A stretch of 64,000 bases of DNA from Burkholderiales bacterium. Its GTDB lineage: Bacteria > Pseudomonadota > Gammaproteobacteria > Burkholderiales > SG8-39. The stretch covers positions 759 to 64,758 of the forward strand of contig JACZJV010000062.1 of NCBI GenBank assembly GCA_014860355.1. The letters are read 5' to 3'. Made by a program: the position numbers and the translations under genes. Numbering within the stretch: the first letter of the stretch is position 1; each line of letters opens with the position of its first letter. Shown here piece by piece: positions 30,389-43,129 of the stretch. The notes under the pieces are model-generated. The model was given only the letters and a program-made list of their open reading frames with translations. It was not told the DNA's origin and ran no database searches.

Positions 30389-31153
30389 ATGTGCCTGATC
30401 CTGCTGGCGCTAGGCGCGCATCCCGACTACCCGCTGCTGATCGCCGCCAACCGCGACGAATATTACCAGCGGCCGACGGCGAAGGCGGCGTTCTGGCAGG
30501 ATCATCCGCACATCCTCGCCGGACGCGACCTGGATGGCATGGGCACCTGGCTGGGCGTGACGCGCGCGGGCCGCTTTGCCGCGCTCACCAATTTTCGCGA
30601 TCCGCGCGAGCGCAAAACCGATGCGCCCTCGCGCGGCACACTGGTAAGCGGCTTTCTCGCGTCCGCGCTGGATCCGCGCGCGTACCTCGAGGAAATTGCA
30701 GCGCAGGCGCGGCACTACAACGGTTTCAACCTGCTGGCCGGCGACATCGACGATGTGTTCTATTTTTCCAGCCGCGCAGGCGAGGTGCAACAGCTGTCGC
30801 CGGGCATCCACGGACTGTCGAATCATCTGCTGGATACGCCCTGGCCCAAAGTGGCGCGCGGAAAACAGCGCCTGCAGGCGATGCTGGCGGACGAACCCAG
30901 CGCCGAAGCGCTGCTCGAGCTGCTGCACGACCGCCAGCCGGCGGCGCAAGGCGAACTGCCCGATACCGGTGTCGGTGTGGACATGGAGCGCGTGCTTTCA
31001 CCGGCCCTGGTCGTTACGCCCCAATACGGAACCCGCGCCTCGACGGCGGTGCTGTTCGGGGGTGACGGCAGCGTCAGTTTCAACGAACGCACCGTACTGC
31101 GCGGCGGCGAAATCGGCGCTACGGTCGGCCTGCGCTTTCGCCTCGAGCGCTGA
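30389..31153 (+). CDS. NRDE (TANGO2-like) family protein
   Basis: MCLILLALGAHPDYPLLIAANRDEYYQRPTAKAAFW; NGFNLLAGD. Confidence 0.93.
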   Translation: MCLILLALGAHPDYPLLIAANRDEYYQRPTAKAAFWQDHPHILAGRDLDGMGTWLGVTRAGRFAALTNFRDPRERKTDAPSRGTLVSGFLASALDPRAYLEEIAAQARHYNGFNLLAGDIDDVFYFSSRAGEVQQLSPGIHGLSNHLLDTPWPKVARGKQRLQAMLADEPSAEALLELLHDRQPAAQGELPDTGVGVDMERVLSPALVVTPQYGTRASTAVLFGGDGSVSFNERTVLRGGEIGATVGLRFRLER

Positions 31154-31583
31154 TGAGATCGAGGCGCATCGCCACATGGGGAATGCCGGCTTCGATAAAC
31201 TCCGGCCCCGCGGCCTCGAAGCCGAAGCGCCGGTAGAATCCTGCGGCCTGAATCTGCGCGTTCAGGCGCACCGTCGCATGGCCATGGTCGCGCGCCAGTT
31301 TCACCAGTGCTTGCAGCAGCAGCGCCCCCACATCCAGGCCGCGCCATGCCTCCAACACCGCCATGCGCCCGATGTGACCATCGGGCAGCAGACGCGCGGT
31401 CCCGATCGCAAGGCCCTCGGGCGTATGCGCGAGCGCGTGCTCGCAATGCGGATCCTGCTCGTCGCACTCCAGCTCCAGCGGCACGCCCTGCTCGTGCACG
31501 AACACCAGCTCACGTACGCGGCGCGCCTCGGCGCGCGCCTCATCCCAATTGCAGATGCGGATGGAAAATGACGGTGTGAGCAT
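31119..31583 (-). CDS. GNAT family N-acetyltransferase
   Basis: VRELVFVHEQGVPLELECDEQDPHCEHAL...IGRMAVLEAWRGLDVGALLL. Confidence 0.9.
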   Translation of the reverse strand: MLTPSFSIRICNWDEARAEARRVRELVFVHEQGVPLELECDEQDPHCEHALAHTPEGLAIGTARLLPDGHIGRMAVLEAWRGLDVGALLLQALVKLARDHGHATVRLNAQIQAAGFYRRFGFEAAGPEFIEAGIPHVAMRLDLISARGESAGRP

Positions 31584-31619
31584 GCCGGTTATAATACCCG
31601 CCTTCCTGGTGAGACGATC

Positions 31620-33590
31620 ATGCTGAGCCTGTGGGACGACAACGAAGCGGCGCAATGCCGCGGTGAACTGGCGTTGCGCGTCTACACCTCGCGCCTGCTC
31701 GGGCGCGACAAGACCCTGGTGCTGCACGGCGGCGGCAACACCTCGGTCAAAGTGGTGGAAACAAACCTGTTCGGCGAGGACGAAAATGTTCTCTACATCA
31801 AGGGCAGCGGCTGGGATCTGGAGACCATGGAGGCGGCCGGATTCGCCCCGGTACGGCTGGATCATCTGCAGCGGCTGGCGCGGCTCGAATCGCTGTCGGA
31901 CACGCAGATGGTGAACCAGCTGGCGACGCATATGCTCAGGTCATCGGCGCCGGCACCCTCGGTGGAGACCATCCTGCACGCCTGCCTGCCCCACAGGTTT
32001 GTCGACCACACCCACGCCGACGCGGTGCTGGCGATCACCAATACCGCCGACGCAGAGCGGCGCGTGCGCGAGCTCTACGGCGATACGGTCGTGGTGATTC
32101 CCTATGCCATGCCGGGTTTCGACCTCGCCCGGCTGTGCGCGCAGGAGTACCCGCGCCAGGCCGGCGCCAACACCATAGGCATGGTGCTGATGAATCACGG
32201 CATTTTTTCCTTCGGCGACAGCGCGAGGCTATCCTACGAGCGCATGATAGCCCTGGTCGGCCGCGCCGAGGATTATCTCAAGCGCAAGCGCGCCTGGGAC
32301 ATCGCGGCGCGCGCCGCTGCGCCGGCCGGCATCGACATGCTGCAGCAGGCACAGCTGCGGCGCGCGCTGTCGGACGCCGCGGGCGCTCCCATGGTAATGG
32401 CAACGCATGCGGACGCGGAGGCGCTGGCTTTTGCACAGCGCGAGGACCTGGAAGCGCTGAGCCAGCAAGGGCCGGTTACGCCAGACCATATCATCCGCAC
32501 CAAGCGCGTACCCATGCTCGGCACCGACGTGGACGCCTACACGCGCGGCTACAAAGCCTATTTCGATGAGCACGCGCCGCAGGCCAGGGAAGCCAAGACC
32601 ATGCTCGATCCGGCGCCGCGCGTGGTGCTGGCTGCGCATTTCGGCCTGGCTGCGGCCGGCAGAAGCGCGAAAGACGCCGCCATAGTGGCCGAGTTGTACC
32701 GGCACAATATGCAGGTGATGCAGCGCGCCGAGGCTTTGGGCGGATATCGCGCCCTGCCTGCGCGAGACCTGTTCGAGGTCGAATACTGGGATCTGGAGCA
32801 GGCCAAGCTGAAAAAGGGCGGCACGCCCCCGCCCTATGCCGGCGAAATCGCGCTGGTGACGGGCGCGGCTTCCGGCATCGGCAAGGCCTGCGCAGTTGCC
32901 CTGCTCGCGCGCGGCGCGGCGGTGGTCGCATTGGATATCGATCCCGCGGTCGAGACAATGTTCCAGCGCAAGGATTTCCTGGGGCTGCGCTGTGATCTCA
33001 CCGACGAGCATGCGATAGGCCGGGCGCTTGAGAGCGCGGTGACAGCCTACGGCGGTCTGGACATGCTGGTGCTCAATGCGGGCATATTCGCCGCCAGCCG
33101 CAGGATCGACGAACTCGCCACCGACGAATGGCGCAGGGTGATGGCGATCAACCTCGACGCCAACCTGTTCCTGCTGCGCGCCTGCCATCCCCTGCTCAAG
33201 CTCGCGCCCAAAGGCGGGCGTGTGGTGGTCATAGGTTCCAAGAACGTGCCCGCTCCCGGGCCGGGCGCGGCGGCGTATTCGGCGTCCAAGGCCGCGCTCA
33301 ACCAGCTCGCCCGTGTCGCCGCGCTCGAATGGGGGGCGGACGGAATACGCATCAACTCACTGCATCCCAATGCGGTGTTCGATACCGGCATCTGGACCGA
33401 AGCGGTGCTGGCGCAGCGCGCCAGGCACTACGGACTGACGGTGAGCGAGTACAAGACCAATAATGTGCTCAAGACCGAGGTCAGGAGCCGCGACGTCGCC
33501 GAACTCGCTGCCGAAATGTGCGGGCCACTGTTCGCCAAGACCACGGCGGCGCAGGTGCCGGTGGACGGCGGCAACGAAAGGGTGATCTAG
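31620..33590 (+). CDS. Bifunctional class II aldolase / short-chain dehydrogenase fusion
   Basis: N-terminal class II aldolase (HGGGNTSVKV, DHTHADAV, MNHGIFSFGD); C-terminal SDR (VTGAASGIGKACAVALLARGAAVVALD, YSASKAALNQ). Confidence 0.92.
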   Translation: MLSLWDDNEAAQCRGELALRVYTSRLLGRDKTLVLHGGGNTSVKVVETNLFGEDENVLYIKGSGWDLETMEAAGFAPVRLDHLQRLARLESLSDTQMVNQLATHMLRSSAPAPSVETILHACLPHRFVDHTHADAVLAITNTADAERRVRELYGDTVVVIPYAMPGFDLARLCAQEYPRQAGANTIGMVLMNHGIFSFGDSARLSYERMIALVGRAEDYLKRKRAWDIAARAAAPAGIDMLQQAQLRRALSDAAGAPMVMATHADAEALAFAQREDLEALSQQGPVTPDHIIRTKRVPMLGTDVDAYTRGYKAYFDEHAPQAREAKTMLDPAPRVVLAAHFGLAAAGRSAKDAAIVAELYRHNMQVMQRAEALGGYRALPARDLFEVEYWDLEQAKLKKGGTPPPYAGEIALVTGAASGIGKACAVALLARGAAVVALDIDPAVETMFQRKDFLGLRCDLTDEHAIGRALESAVTAYGGLDMLVLNAGIFAASRRIDELATDEWRRVMAINLDANLFLLRACHPLLKLAPKGGRVVVIGSKNVPAPGPGAAAYSASKAALNQLARVAALEWGADGIRINSLHPNAVFDTGIWTEAVLAQRARHYGLTVSEYKTNNVLKTEVRSRDVAELAAEMCGPLFAKTTAAQVPVDGGNERVI

Positions 33591-33593
33591 GCA

Positions 33594-34634
33594 GTGCAAG
33601 TGGAAACCCTGCGCTGGCGCACAGGCCGGCTGGAACTGATCGATCAGCGGCGGCTGCCGCTGGAATTCGAATACGTCGCCTGCACCGATGCGCTGCAGAC
33701 CGCGGCGGCGATACGCGACATGGTGGTGCGCGGGGCGCCGGCGATCGGCTGCACCGCAGCCTATGGCGTGGCGCTGGAGGCGCAACGCCATGCGGGCGCG
33801 GCGCGCGCGCAGTTCGATACTGCGCTGCAAGCCGCATTCCGCGTGCTCGCTGCCAGCCGCCCTACCGCCGTCAACCTGTTCTGGGCAATCGAGCGAATGC
33901 GCCAGTGCCAGGTGCAGACCCGCAGCGGTTCTACCCGGGCGGCGGCCGACGCCATGCTCGAACTGGCGCATGCGATGCGTAGCGACGACATTGAAATATG
34001 CCGCGCGATCGGGCGCAACGGCGCACCGCTCATTGCGCAGGGCGCGCGCGTCATGACCCATTGCAACGCCGGCGCGCTTGCCACCGCGGGCCATGGCACG
34101 GCGCTGGGCGTGATCCGTTCGGCGCGCGACGCGGGCAAGCGCATCAGCGTGATCGCCAACGAAACCCGGCCCTATCTTCAGGGCGCGCGGCTTACTGCCT
34201 GGGAAATGGTGCAGGAAAACATTCCGGTGACCCTGGTGACGGACAACATGGCGGGCCACCTGATGCAGCTGGGCCGCGTCGATGTGGTCGTCGTCGGCGC
34301 CGACCGCATCGCGGTCAACGGCGACACCGCCAACAAGATAGGCACTTACACCGTCGCGGTGCTGGCCGAACGCCACCGAATACCGTTCTACGTGGCGGCA
34401 CCGCTTTCGACCATCGACATCGCCATCGCCGAGGGCAGCGCCATCCCGATCGAAGAGCGCGATCCGGCGGAGGTTACCGGTTTTCGCGGCCTGCACTGGG
34501 CACCCGAGGGCGTAGAGGTCGCCAACCCCGCTTTCGATGTCACGCCGGCCGCGCTGATCACCGGCATCATCACCGAAAGAGGCGTGATCATGCAGCCCGA
34601 TGCGAAGCAGATCCGCGCGCTGTTCGAAAACTGA
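33594..34634 (+). CDS. mtnA: S-methyl-5-thioribose-1-phosphate isomerase
   Basis: GTG start; DMVVRGAPAIGCTAAYGVAL; THCNAGALATAGHGTALGVI; VVGADRIAVNGDTANKIGTYTVAVLA. Confidence 0.96.
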   Translation: MQVETLRWRTGRLELIDQRRLPLEFEYVACTDALQTAAAIRDMVVRGAPAIGCTAAYGVALEAQRHAGAARAQFDTALQAAFRVLAASRPTAVNLFWAIERMRQCQVQTRSGSTRAAADAMLELAHAMRSDDIEICRAIGRNGAPLIAQGARVMTHCNAGALATAGHGTALGVIRSARDAGKRISVIANETRPYLQGARLTAWEMVQENIPVTLVTDNMAGHLMQLGRVDVVVVGADRIAVNGDTANKIGTYTVAVLAERHRIPFYVAAPLSTIDIAIAEGSAIPIEERDPAEVTGFRGLHWAPEGVEVANPAFDVTPAALITGIITERGVIMQPDAKQIRALFEN

Positions 34635-35120
34635 TCAGGTCTCGAGGATCTCCACCGGCGTGCCCGGTGCTACCCGATCGAACAACTCGATGATGGCGCG
34701 GTTGTGCATGCGGATGCAGCCGATCGAGCCGGGGCTGCCCATTTGCGCATGGTCCGGACTGCCGTGGATATAGATGTAGCGCTGCATCGTGTCCACCTGG
34801 CCCAGGCGATTGAATCCCGGCTCGCAACCCGACAGCCAGAGTATGCGCGTCAGTATCCAGTCGCGGCCCGGATGGCGCTCACCCAGCGCCGGGGTGTAGA
34901 TCTCGCCGCTGGGCCTGCGTCCGATGAATATGGTGTTTTCCGCGACGCCTGCGCCGATTTTCGCGCGGATGATGTGGCGGCCGCGCGGCGTGCAATAACT
35001 GTCCTTCAGTTCCCCCGCGCCATTTCTGGACGTAGAAACAGAATAGCCGCGCAGCAAGCGGCCGCCCTCATCCAGCAGTTTCAGGGTTTGCCCGGCCAGG
35101 CTGATTTCTACGCGCGGCAT
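34635..35120 (-). CDS. L,D-transpeptidase (YkuD) family protein, no evident signal peptide
   Basis: YIHGSPDHAQMGSPGSIGCIRMHNRAIIELFD catalytic HxxxxxxxxGxxxSxGCIRM. Confidence 0.9.
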   Translation of the reverse strand: MPRVEISLAGQTLKLLDEGGRLLRGYSVSTSRNGAGELKDSYCTPRGRHIIRAKIGAGVAENTIFIGRRPSGEIYTPALGERHPGRDWILTRILWLSGCEPGFNRLGQVDTMQRYIYIHGSPDHAQMGSPGSIGCIRMHNRAIIELFDRVAPGTPVEILET

Positions 35121-35121
35121 C

Positions 35122-36013
<892 letters not shown>

Positions 36014-36242
36014 GGCCTTTCTCCTTTGGTCGACTGTCGCCAATTATACCTATTACCGCCATGCCCCGGCGTCCTCAGGAACCATGCAACCTGGCTGTGT
36101 GAATAGCGGCAACGATTGCGGGCGTTCCTTGCGCTCTCAAATGCAGGTAGGCATGATGCGCTATTGCTCCGGACGCCGTACTCGCCTTCCGGGGGAAGAC
36201 GGCGAGCCCATGCGGACAGTGAATACACAGCGGTTTGGATGA

Positions 36243-37826
36243 ATGAGTTTCATGATACCTATGCACCGCATCGAAGCGTACCTGCCGGGGGCCATATTGG
36301 TCGCAGCGCTGCTGGTCAGCGGCTGCGCCAGTCTTCCGCTTGAGGTCGAGCGCAGCGAGTCGCACGCGTTGCGCGACACCGAATCGACCCGGCTGGGCGA
36401 GGCAAGCCAGGCCGCGCGCAAGGCGCACCCCGGAGAGAGCGGTTTTCGCCCGCTGCCGAACGGGGTCGAGGCGCTGCTCGCGCGCATCGTGCTGGCCGAG
36501 GCGGCCGAGCGCTCGCTAGACGTGCAGTACTACATCTGGCATGACGATCTGAGCGGGCGCCACTTCGCCCATGCGCTGTTGCGCGCGGCCGACCGCGGCG
36601 TGCGCGTGCGCATCCTGATCGACGATGTCGGCGCGCGGGCGAACGACGAGGTGCTGCTGGCGCTCGATGCACACGCCAATATCGAGATCCGGCTTTTCAA
36701 CCCGGTCGCCGCGCGCACTTTCCGCGGGCTGGGCATGCTCGCCGATTTTTCGCGCGTCAACCGGCGCATGCACAACAAGGCCCTCGTCGCCGACAATCAG
36801 GCTGCCATACTGGGCGGGCGCAACATCGGCGACGAATATTTCGGGGCCCACGGCGAGGTCGCTTTCGGCGACCTGGACGTGCTCACGCTCGGTGCCGGTG
36901 TCGACAAGGTGTCGGAATCGTTCGATCGCTACTGGAGCGCGCCATTGACGATCCCCGTGCGCGCGCTGCTCGGCCGCAGCGGCCTCGCCGTGAGCCTGGA
37001 TACGCTGCGCGCCGCGCTCGCCGCTTTCGTCGAAGCGCAGCGCGACAGCCCCTACGTCGCGCAGGCAAGAGCCCGGCTGGCGGAGCAACTGGTGGCGGGG
37101 ACAGGCGGCTACTACTGGGGAAAAGCGCATCTGCTCTATGACGACCCGGGCAAGATCGAGCGTGCGCCTGCGGATACCGAGGGGCATTTGCTGCCCCAGT
37201 TCGCCGGGCTGGGCTTGCGCAGCGAAACCGAACTATTGATCGTTTCGCCCTATTTCATTCCCGGCGACGCGGGCGTGGCCTGGCTGCGCGGGCTGGTAGC
37301 GCGCGGCGTGCGCGTTACCGTGCTGACCAATTCTCTCGCTGCGACCGACGTCGGCGCAGTGCATTCGGGCTATCAGCGCTACCGCTTGCCTTTGCTCGAA
37401 GCCGGTGTAGTACTCTATGAACTCAGGCCCGACATGATCGAACGCGCGAGCGCCAGACCCCGGACCAGCGGCGTCGGCAGTTCGCGCGCCTCGCTGCACG
37501 CCAAGACCTTCGTGTTCGACCGGCGCGCGGTATTCATCGGTTCGCTCAACCTCGATCCGCGTTCGGTAGAACTCAATACGGAAATCGGCCTCGTGTGCGA
37601 GAGTGCGCCTCTGGCCGAGGCCCTGGCCACAGCGCTGGAGCGGGAACTCGACAACATCGCCTGGCGTCTGGAGCGCAGCGCCGATGCTGCCGGCAGCGCG
37701 CGCATTGCCTGGGTGGAGAAAAGCGCCGCAGGCGTGCGCCGGCATACGGAAGAACCCGGGGTCAGTGCCTGGCGCAAGCTCTCGGTGTGGTTCCTCGGCT
37801 TGCTGCCGATCGAATCCCAGCTCTAG
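36243..37826 (+). CDS. Phospholipase D-like/ClsC-type cardiolipin synthase, lipoprotein signal
   Basis: Lipobox LVSGC; two HKD motifs MHNKALVADNQAAILGGRNIGDEYF and LHAKTFVFDRRAVFIGSLNLDPRS. Confidence 0.9.
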   Translation: MSFMIPMHRIEAYLPGAILVAALLVSGCASLPLEVERSESHALRDTESTRLGEASQAARKAHPGESGFRPLPNGVEALLARIVLAEAAERSLDVQYYIWHDDLSGRHFAHALLRAADRGVRVRILIDDVGARANDEVLLALDAHANIEIRLFNPVAARTFRGLGMLADFSRVNRRMHNKALVADNQAAILGGRNIGDEYFGAHGEVAFGDLDVLTLGAGVDKVSESFDRYWSAPLTIPVRALLGRSGLAVSLDTLRAALAAFVEAQRDSPYVAQARARLAEQLVAGTGGYYWGKAHLLYDDPGKIERAPADTEGHLLPQFAGLGLRSETELLIVSPYFIPGDAGVAWLRGLVARGVRVTVLTNSLAATDVGAVHSGYQRYRLPLLEAGVVLYELRPDMIERASARPRTSGVGSSRASLHAKTFVFDRRAVFIGSLNLDPRSVELNTEIGLVCESAPLAEALATALERELDNIAWRLERSADAAGSARIAWVEKSAAGVRRHTEEPGVSAWRKLSVWFLGLLPIESQL

Positions 37827-37918
37827 CGCCGGGATTTCCGACAGCTGACCGCAGACCCATCGATGCGCCTCCGGCTGCACCTGCGATACGCCAGCGCGCC
37901 GAGCGTCCCGGCGCCGGC

Positions 37919-39292
37919 ATGAGAACATCGGGCACCGACGCCGACGGCCTGCCGCTGCCGCAGCGCTACTGGGCGATCGCCACCGTGGCGCTGGGCATCA
38001 CGATGGCGGTGCTAGACAGCTCCATCGCAAACGTGGCGCTGCCGACCATCGCCAGGGATTTGAACGCCGCCCCGGCCGATTCCATCTGGGTGGTCAATGC
38101 CTATCAGCTGGTCATCACCATCCTCATGCTGCCGCTCGCCTCGCTCGGTGAGATAGTCGGCTATCGCCGCGTCTACCGCGTCGGGCTAGTCGTGTTCACC
38201 CTGGCCTCGCTAGGCTGCGCCTTGTCCGATTCACTCGTCATGCTGAGCGCGGCGCGGGTGTTGCAGGGCGTGGGCGCGGCGGGCATGCTGAGCGTCAACG
38301 GCGCACTCGTGCGCTACATATACCCGCCCGGCCTGCTCGGCCGCGGTATCGGCATCAACGCACTGGTCGTCGCGGTCTCGGCGGCGCTAGGCCCGACCGT
38401 CGCCGCCGGCATTCTGTCGATCGCCTCCTGGCCCTGGCTGTTCGCGGTCAACGTTCCCATTGCCATCGCCACCCTGTTCGCGGCGCGCAAACTGCCGCGC
38501 ACGCCGCGCTCCAGCCGGCGCTTCGACTGGTCCAGCGCGCTGCTGAACGCGCTTTTTTTCGGCCTGCTGATCATCGCAGTCGATTACTTCGGCCACGGGG
38601 GACGTCCGCTTTACGCCCTGCTCGCCGTCGCTGGCGCCGCGCTTGCGGGCGTGGCGCTGGTGCTGCGCCAGCTGCCGCAGACCTCTCCGCTGCTCCCGGT
38701 CGATCTGCTGCGCATCCCGATGTTCGCGCTGTCGATTGCGACGTCGATCTGCTCCTTTACGGCGCAGATGCTGGCCTACGTTTCGATCCCCTTCTATTTC
38801 CAGCACCTGCTCGGCCGCACGGACGTGGAGACCGGACTGCTGATGACGCCCTGGCCGCTGGCGGCGGCAGTGGTGGCGCCCATAGCCGGAAGGCTGGCAG
38901 ACCGGCACCCGGCCGGCATACTCGGCGCACTCGGCCTCGTCCTTTTCGCCGCGGGCCTGGGAATGCTCGCGCTGCTGCCGGCGGCGCCCAGCGACGCCGA
39001 CATCATCTGGCGCATGGCGCTATGCGGTGCCGGATTCGGCCTGTTCCAGTCCCCCAACAACCGCGTGATCATGACTTCCGCGCCGCGCGAGCGCAGCGGC
39101 GGAGCGAGCGGCATGCTGGGCACGGCGCGGCTGCTCGGCCAGACCACAGGTGCCGCATTGGTGGCGCTGATGTTCAGCCTGTTCGGCGAGCGCGCGAACG
39201 TCTGGGCGCTGGGCCTGGCGGCCGGCATCGCGCTCCTGGCTGCGGCGGTGAGCAGTTCGCGGCTGGTCAAATCCTCCCGTGGCAAGGGTTAA
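37919..39292 (+). CDS. DHA2 family MFS drug transporter (EmrB/QacA-like)
   Basis: MAVLDSSIANVALPTIARDLNAAPADSIWVVNAYQLV; 14-TM pattern. Confidence 0.9.
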   Translation: MRTSGTDADGLPLPQRYWAIATVALGITMAVLDSSIANVALPTIARDLNAAPADSIWVVNAYQLVITILMLPLASLGEIVGYRRVYRVGLVVFTLASLGCALSDSLVMLSAARVLQGVGAAGMLSVNGALVRYIYPPGLLGRGIGINALVVAVSAALGPTVAAGILSIASWPWLFAVNVPIAIATLFAARKLPRTPRSSRRFDWSSALLNALFFGLLIIAVDYFGHGGRPLYALLAVAGAALAGVALVLRQLPQTSPLLPVDLLRIPMFALSIATSICSFTAQMLAYVSIPFYFQHLLGRTDVETGLLMTPWPLAAAVVAPIAGRLADRHPAGILGALGLVLFAAGLGMLALLPAAPSDADIIWRMALCGAGFGLFQSPNNRVIMTSAPRERSGGASGMLGTARLLGQTTGAALVALMFSLFGERANVWALGLAAGIALLAAAVSSSRLVKSSRGKG

Positions 39293-39339
39293 GGAACCAG
39301 CGTCCCAGGTCTAGGCACAGCCTCGACGGCCCGCGCGTT

Positions 39340-40920
39340 TTATTCCCACTCTATGGTCGCAGGCGGCTTGCCGCAGATGTCGTAGACCACGCGGTTGATG
39401 CCGCGCACCTCGTTGATGATGCGGTTCGACACCTTACCCAGCAGTTCGTGCGGCAGGTGCGCCCAATGGGCAGTCATGAAGTCCTGCGTCTGCACCGCGC
39501 GCAGCGCCACCACGTATTCGTAGGTGCGCCCGTCGCCCATCACGCCCACCGCCTTCACCGGCAGGAACACGGCGAACGCCTGCGAGGTGGCGTCGTACCA
39601 GCTGCGTCCCTCGCCGTCGCGCGCCGCACGCAGTTCCTCGATGAATATGGCATCGGCGCGGCGCAGCAGATCGGCATACTCGTGCTTCACCTCGCCGAGG
39701 ATGCGCACGCCCAGCCCGGGTCCGGGGAAAGGGTGGCGGTAGACCATGTCGTGGGGCAGGCCGAGGGCGATCCCGAGTTCGCGCACCTCGTCCTTGAACA
39801 ATTCGCGCAGCGGCTCGAGCAGCTTCAGGTGCAGGGTGTCGGGCAAACCGCCGACGTTGTGGTGCGACTTGATGTTAGTCGCCTTTTTGGTCTTGGCCCC
39901 GGCGGACTCGATCACATCGGGATAAATGGTGCCCTGCGCCAGCCATTTGGCGTTCCTGATTTTGGCCGCCTCGCGCTGGAACACTTCGACGAATTCGCGT
40001 CCGATGATCTTGCGCTTTTGCTCCGGATCGGCGACCCCGGCGAGCTTGCCCATGAACTGCGCGCTGTCGTCGATGTGGATCACCTTGACGCCCAGGCTCC
40101 TGGCGAAAGTCGCCATCACCTGCTCGGCCTCGTTCAGCCGCAGCAGTCCGTGGTCGACGAACACGCAGGTGAGCTTCGCGCCGATGGCGCGGTGGATCAG
40201 GGCGGCGGCAACGGAGGAATCGACTCCGCCCGAAAGCCCGAGGATCACTTCGTCCGTGCCCACCTGCTCGCGTATGCGTGCGATCGCCTCGGACACGTAA
40301 TCGGGCATGTTCCAGTCGCCTGCGCAGCCGCAGATATCGTTGACGAAGCGCCTGAGTATGGCCGTTCCCTGCAGCGTGTGCGTGACCTCGGGATGGAACT
40401 GCACCGCGTAGTAGCCGCGCGCCTCGTCCGCCATCGCCGCGATCGGGCAGGAATCGGTGGAAGCCATGAGCTTGAAGCCGGCGGGCATTTGCGTGACTTT
40501 GTCGCCGTGGCTCATCCATACCTTGAGCATACCGTGGCCCTCGGGGGTGCGGAAATCCTCGATGCCCTCGAACAGGCGGGTGTGGCCGCGCGCGCGCACC
40601 TCGGCGTAGCCGAATTCGCGCACCTTGCCCGCCTCGACCTTGCCGCCCAGCTGCCCGGCCATGGTCTGCATGCCGTAGCAGATGCCCAGCACCGGCACGC
40701 CCAGATCGAATACCGCCTGGGGGGCGCGCGCGCTGGCGTCCTCGTTCACCGACAGGTGGCTGCCGGACAGGATCACGCCCCTGGCGCCGAAATCGCGCAC
40801 GAACTGCGCGCTGACGTCATAGGGATGGATTTCGCAATAGACGCGCGCTTCGCGCACGCGCCGCGCAATCAATTGCGTGTACTGGGCGCCGAAATCGAGG
40901 ATGAGGATTTTCTGATGCAT
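39340..40920 (-). CDS. guaA: GMP synthase (glutamine-hydrolysing)
   Basis: [27 protein letters not shown]; [21 protein letters not shown]; C-terminal [26 protein letters not shown]-type end. Confidence 0.98.
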   Translation of the reverse strand: MHQKILILDFGAQYTQLIARRVREARVYCEIHPYDVSAQFVRDFGARGVILSGSHLSVNEDASARAPQAVFDLGVPVLGICYGMQTMAGQLGGKVEAGKVREFGYAEVRARGHTRLFEGIEDFRTPEGHGMLKVWMSHGDKVTQMPAGFKLMASTDSCPIAAMADEARGYYAVQFHPEVTHTLQGTAILRRFVNDICGCAGDWNMPDYVSEAIARIREQVGTDEVILGLSGGVDSSVAAALIHRAIGAKLTCVFVDHGLLRLNEAEQVMATFARSLGVKVIHIDDSAQFMGKLAGVADPEQKRKIIGREFVEVFQREAAKIRNAKWLAQGTIYPDVIESAGAKTKKATNIKSHHNVGGLPDTLHLKLLEPLRELFKDEVRELGIALGLPHDMVYRHPFPGPGLGVRILGEVKHEYADLLRRADAIFIEELRAARDGEGRSWYDATSQAFAVFLPVKAVGVMGDGRTYEYVVALRAVQTQDFMTAHWAHLPHELLGKVSNRIINEVRGINRVVYDICGKPPATIEWE

Positions 40921-41009
40921 GCTCGGGCTTTCAATAACGGAAGGGCCGGGCGCGCCGCAGGCGGCACGACCGGCCCCGGGTCATGGGATCGGGTGGCGAT
41001 TGGGCAAGA

Positions 41010-42470
<1,461 letters not shown>

Positions 42471-42634
42471 ATGCAAAACTCCTGGCCGCAAAGCCGCATT
42501 ATACGCGCCTGTCGCTGGTCGGCAAACAAGCTGCGACTGAAACCGAATGCCGGGTCGGCGCGTTAAGTCATTTGACGGGGCGGCGAAAAGCCGCTACTTT
42601 TTGGCTGCTTGGTTTAAATGGAAGGTATCCCCGC

Positions 42635-43126
42635 ATGAATCGACTTTCGGTGGCAATCTGGCTGGTGCTGTGCGTGGCGCTGCCCGCATCCGCCCAGATG
42701 TACAAGTGGGTGGATTCGAACGGGAAGGTGCATTATTCGGACAAGGCCCCGCCGGGCAACGTCAAATCCGAAACGCTGCGCGAGGCAGCCCGCCCCCCCG
42801 GCCCGCCTGCGACCGGCGTAGCCAAGGAGGATGCGAACAAGGACGCGGCCAAGGCCGGGCCCAAAACGACGGCGGAGCAGGATCAGGCGTTTCGCAAGCG
42901 CCAGGCGGAAGAGGCCAAAGCGCGGGAGAAGCAGGACGAGGCAGAGAAGATCGCCCGCGACCGGGCCGAGAACTGCAAGCGCGCAAGGGCGGCGGCGGCC
43001 AATCTGGAATTGGGCGGGCGCCAGCTCCGTGTCGACGAAAAAGGCGAGCGCGTATACCTCACGGATGCGCAAATCGCCGAGGAAACCGCCAAGGCGAAGC
43101 AGGAAGCAGCGGCCGCCTGCAAGTAG
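42635..43126 (+). CDS. DUF4124 domain exported protein
   Basis: Signal peptide then QMYKWVDSNGKVHYSDKAPPGN. Confidence 0.9.
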   Translation: MNRLSVAIWLVLCVALPASAQMYKWVDSNGKVHYSDKAPPGNVKSETLREAARPPGPPATGVAKEDANKDAAKAGPKTTAEQDQAFRKRQAEEAKAREKQDEAEKIARDRAENCKRARAAAANLELGGRQLRVDEKGERVYLTDAQIAEETAKAKQEAAAACK

Positions 43127-43129
43127 GGA

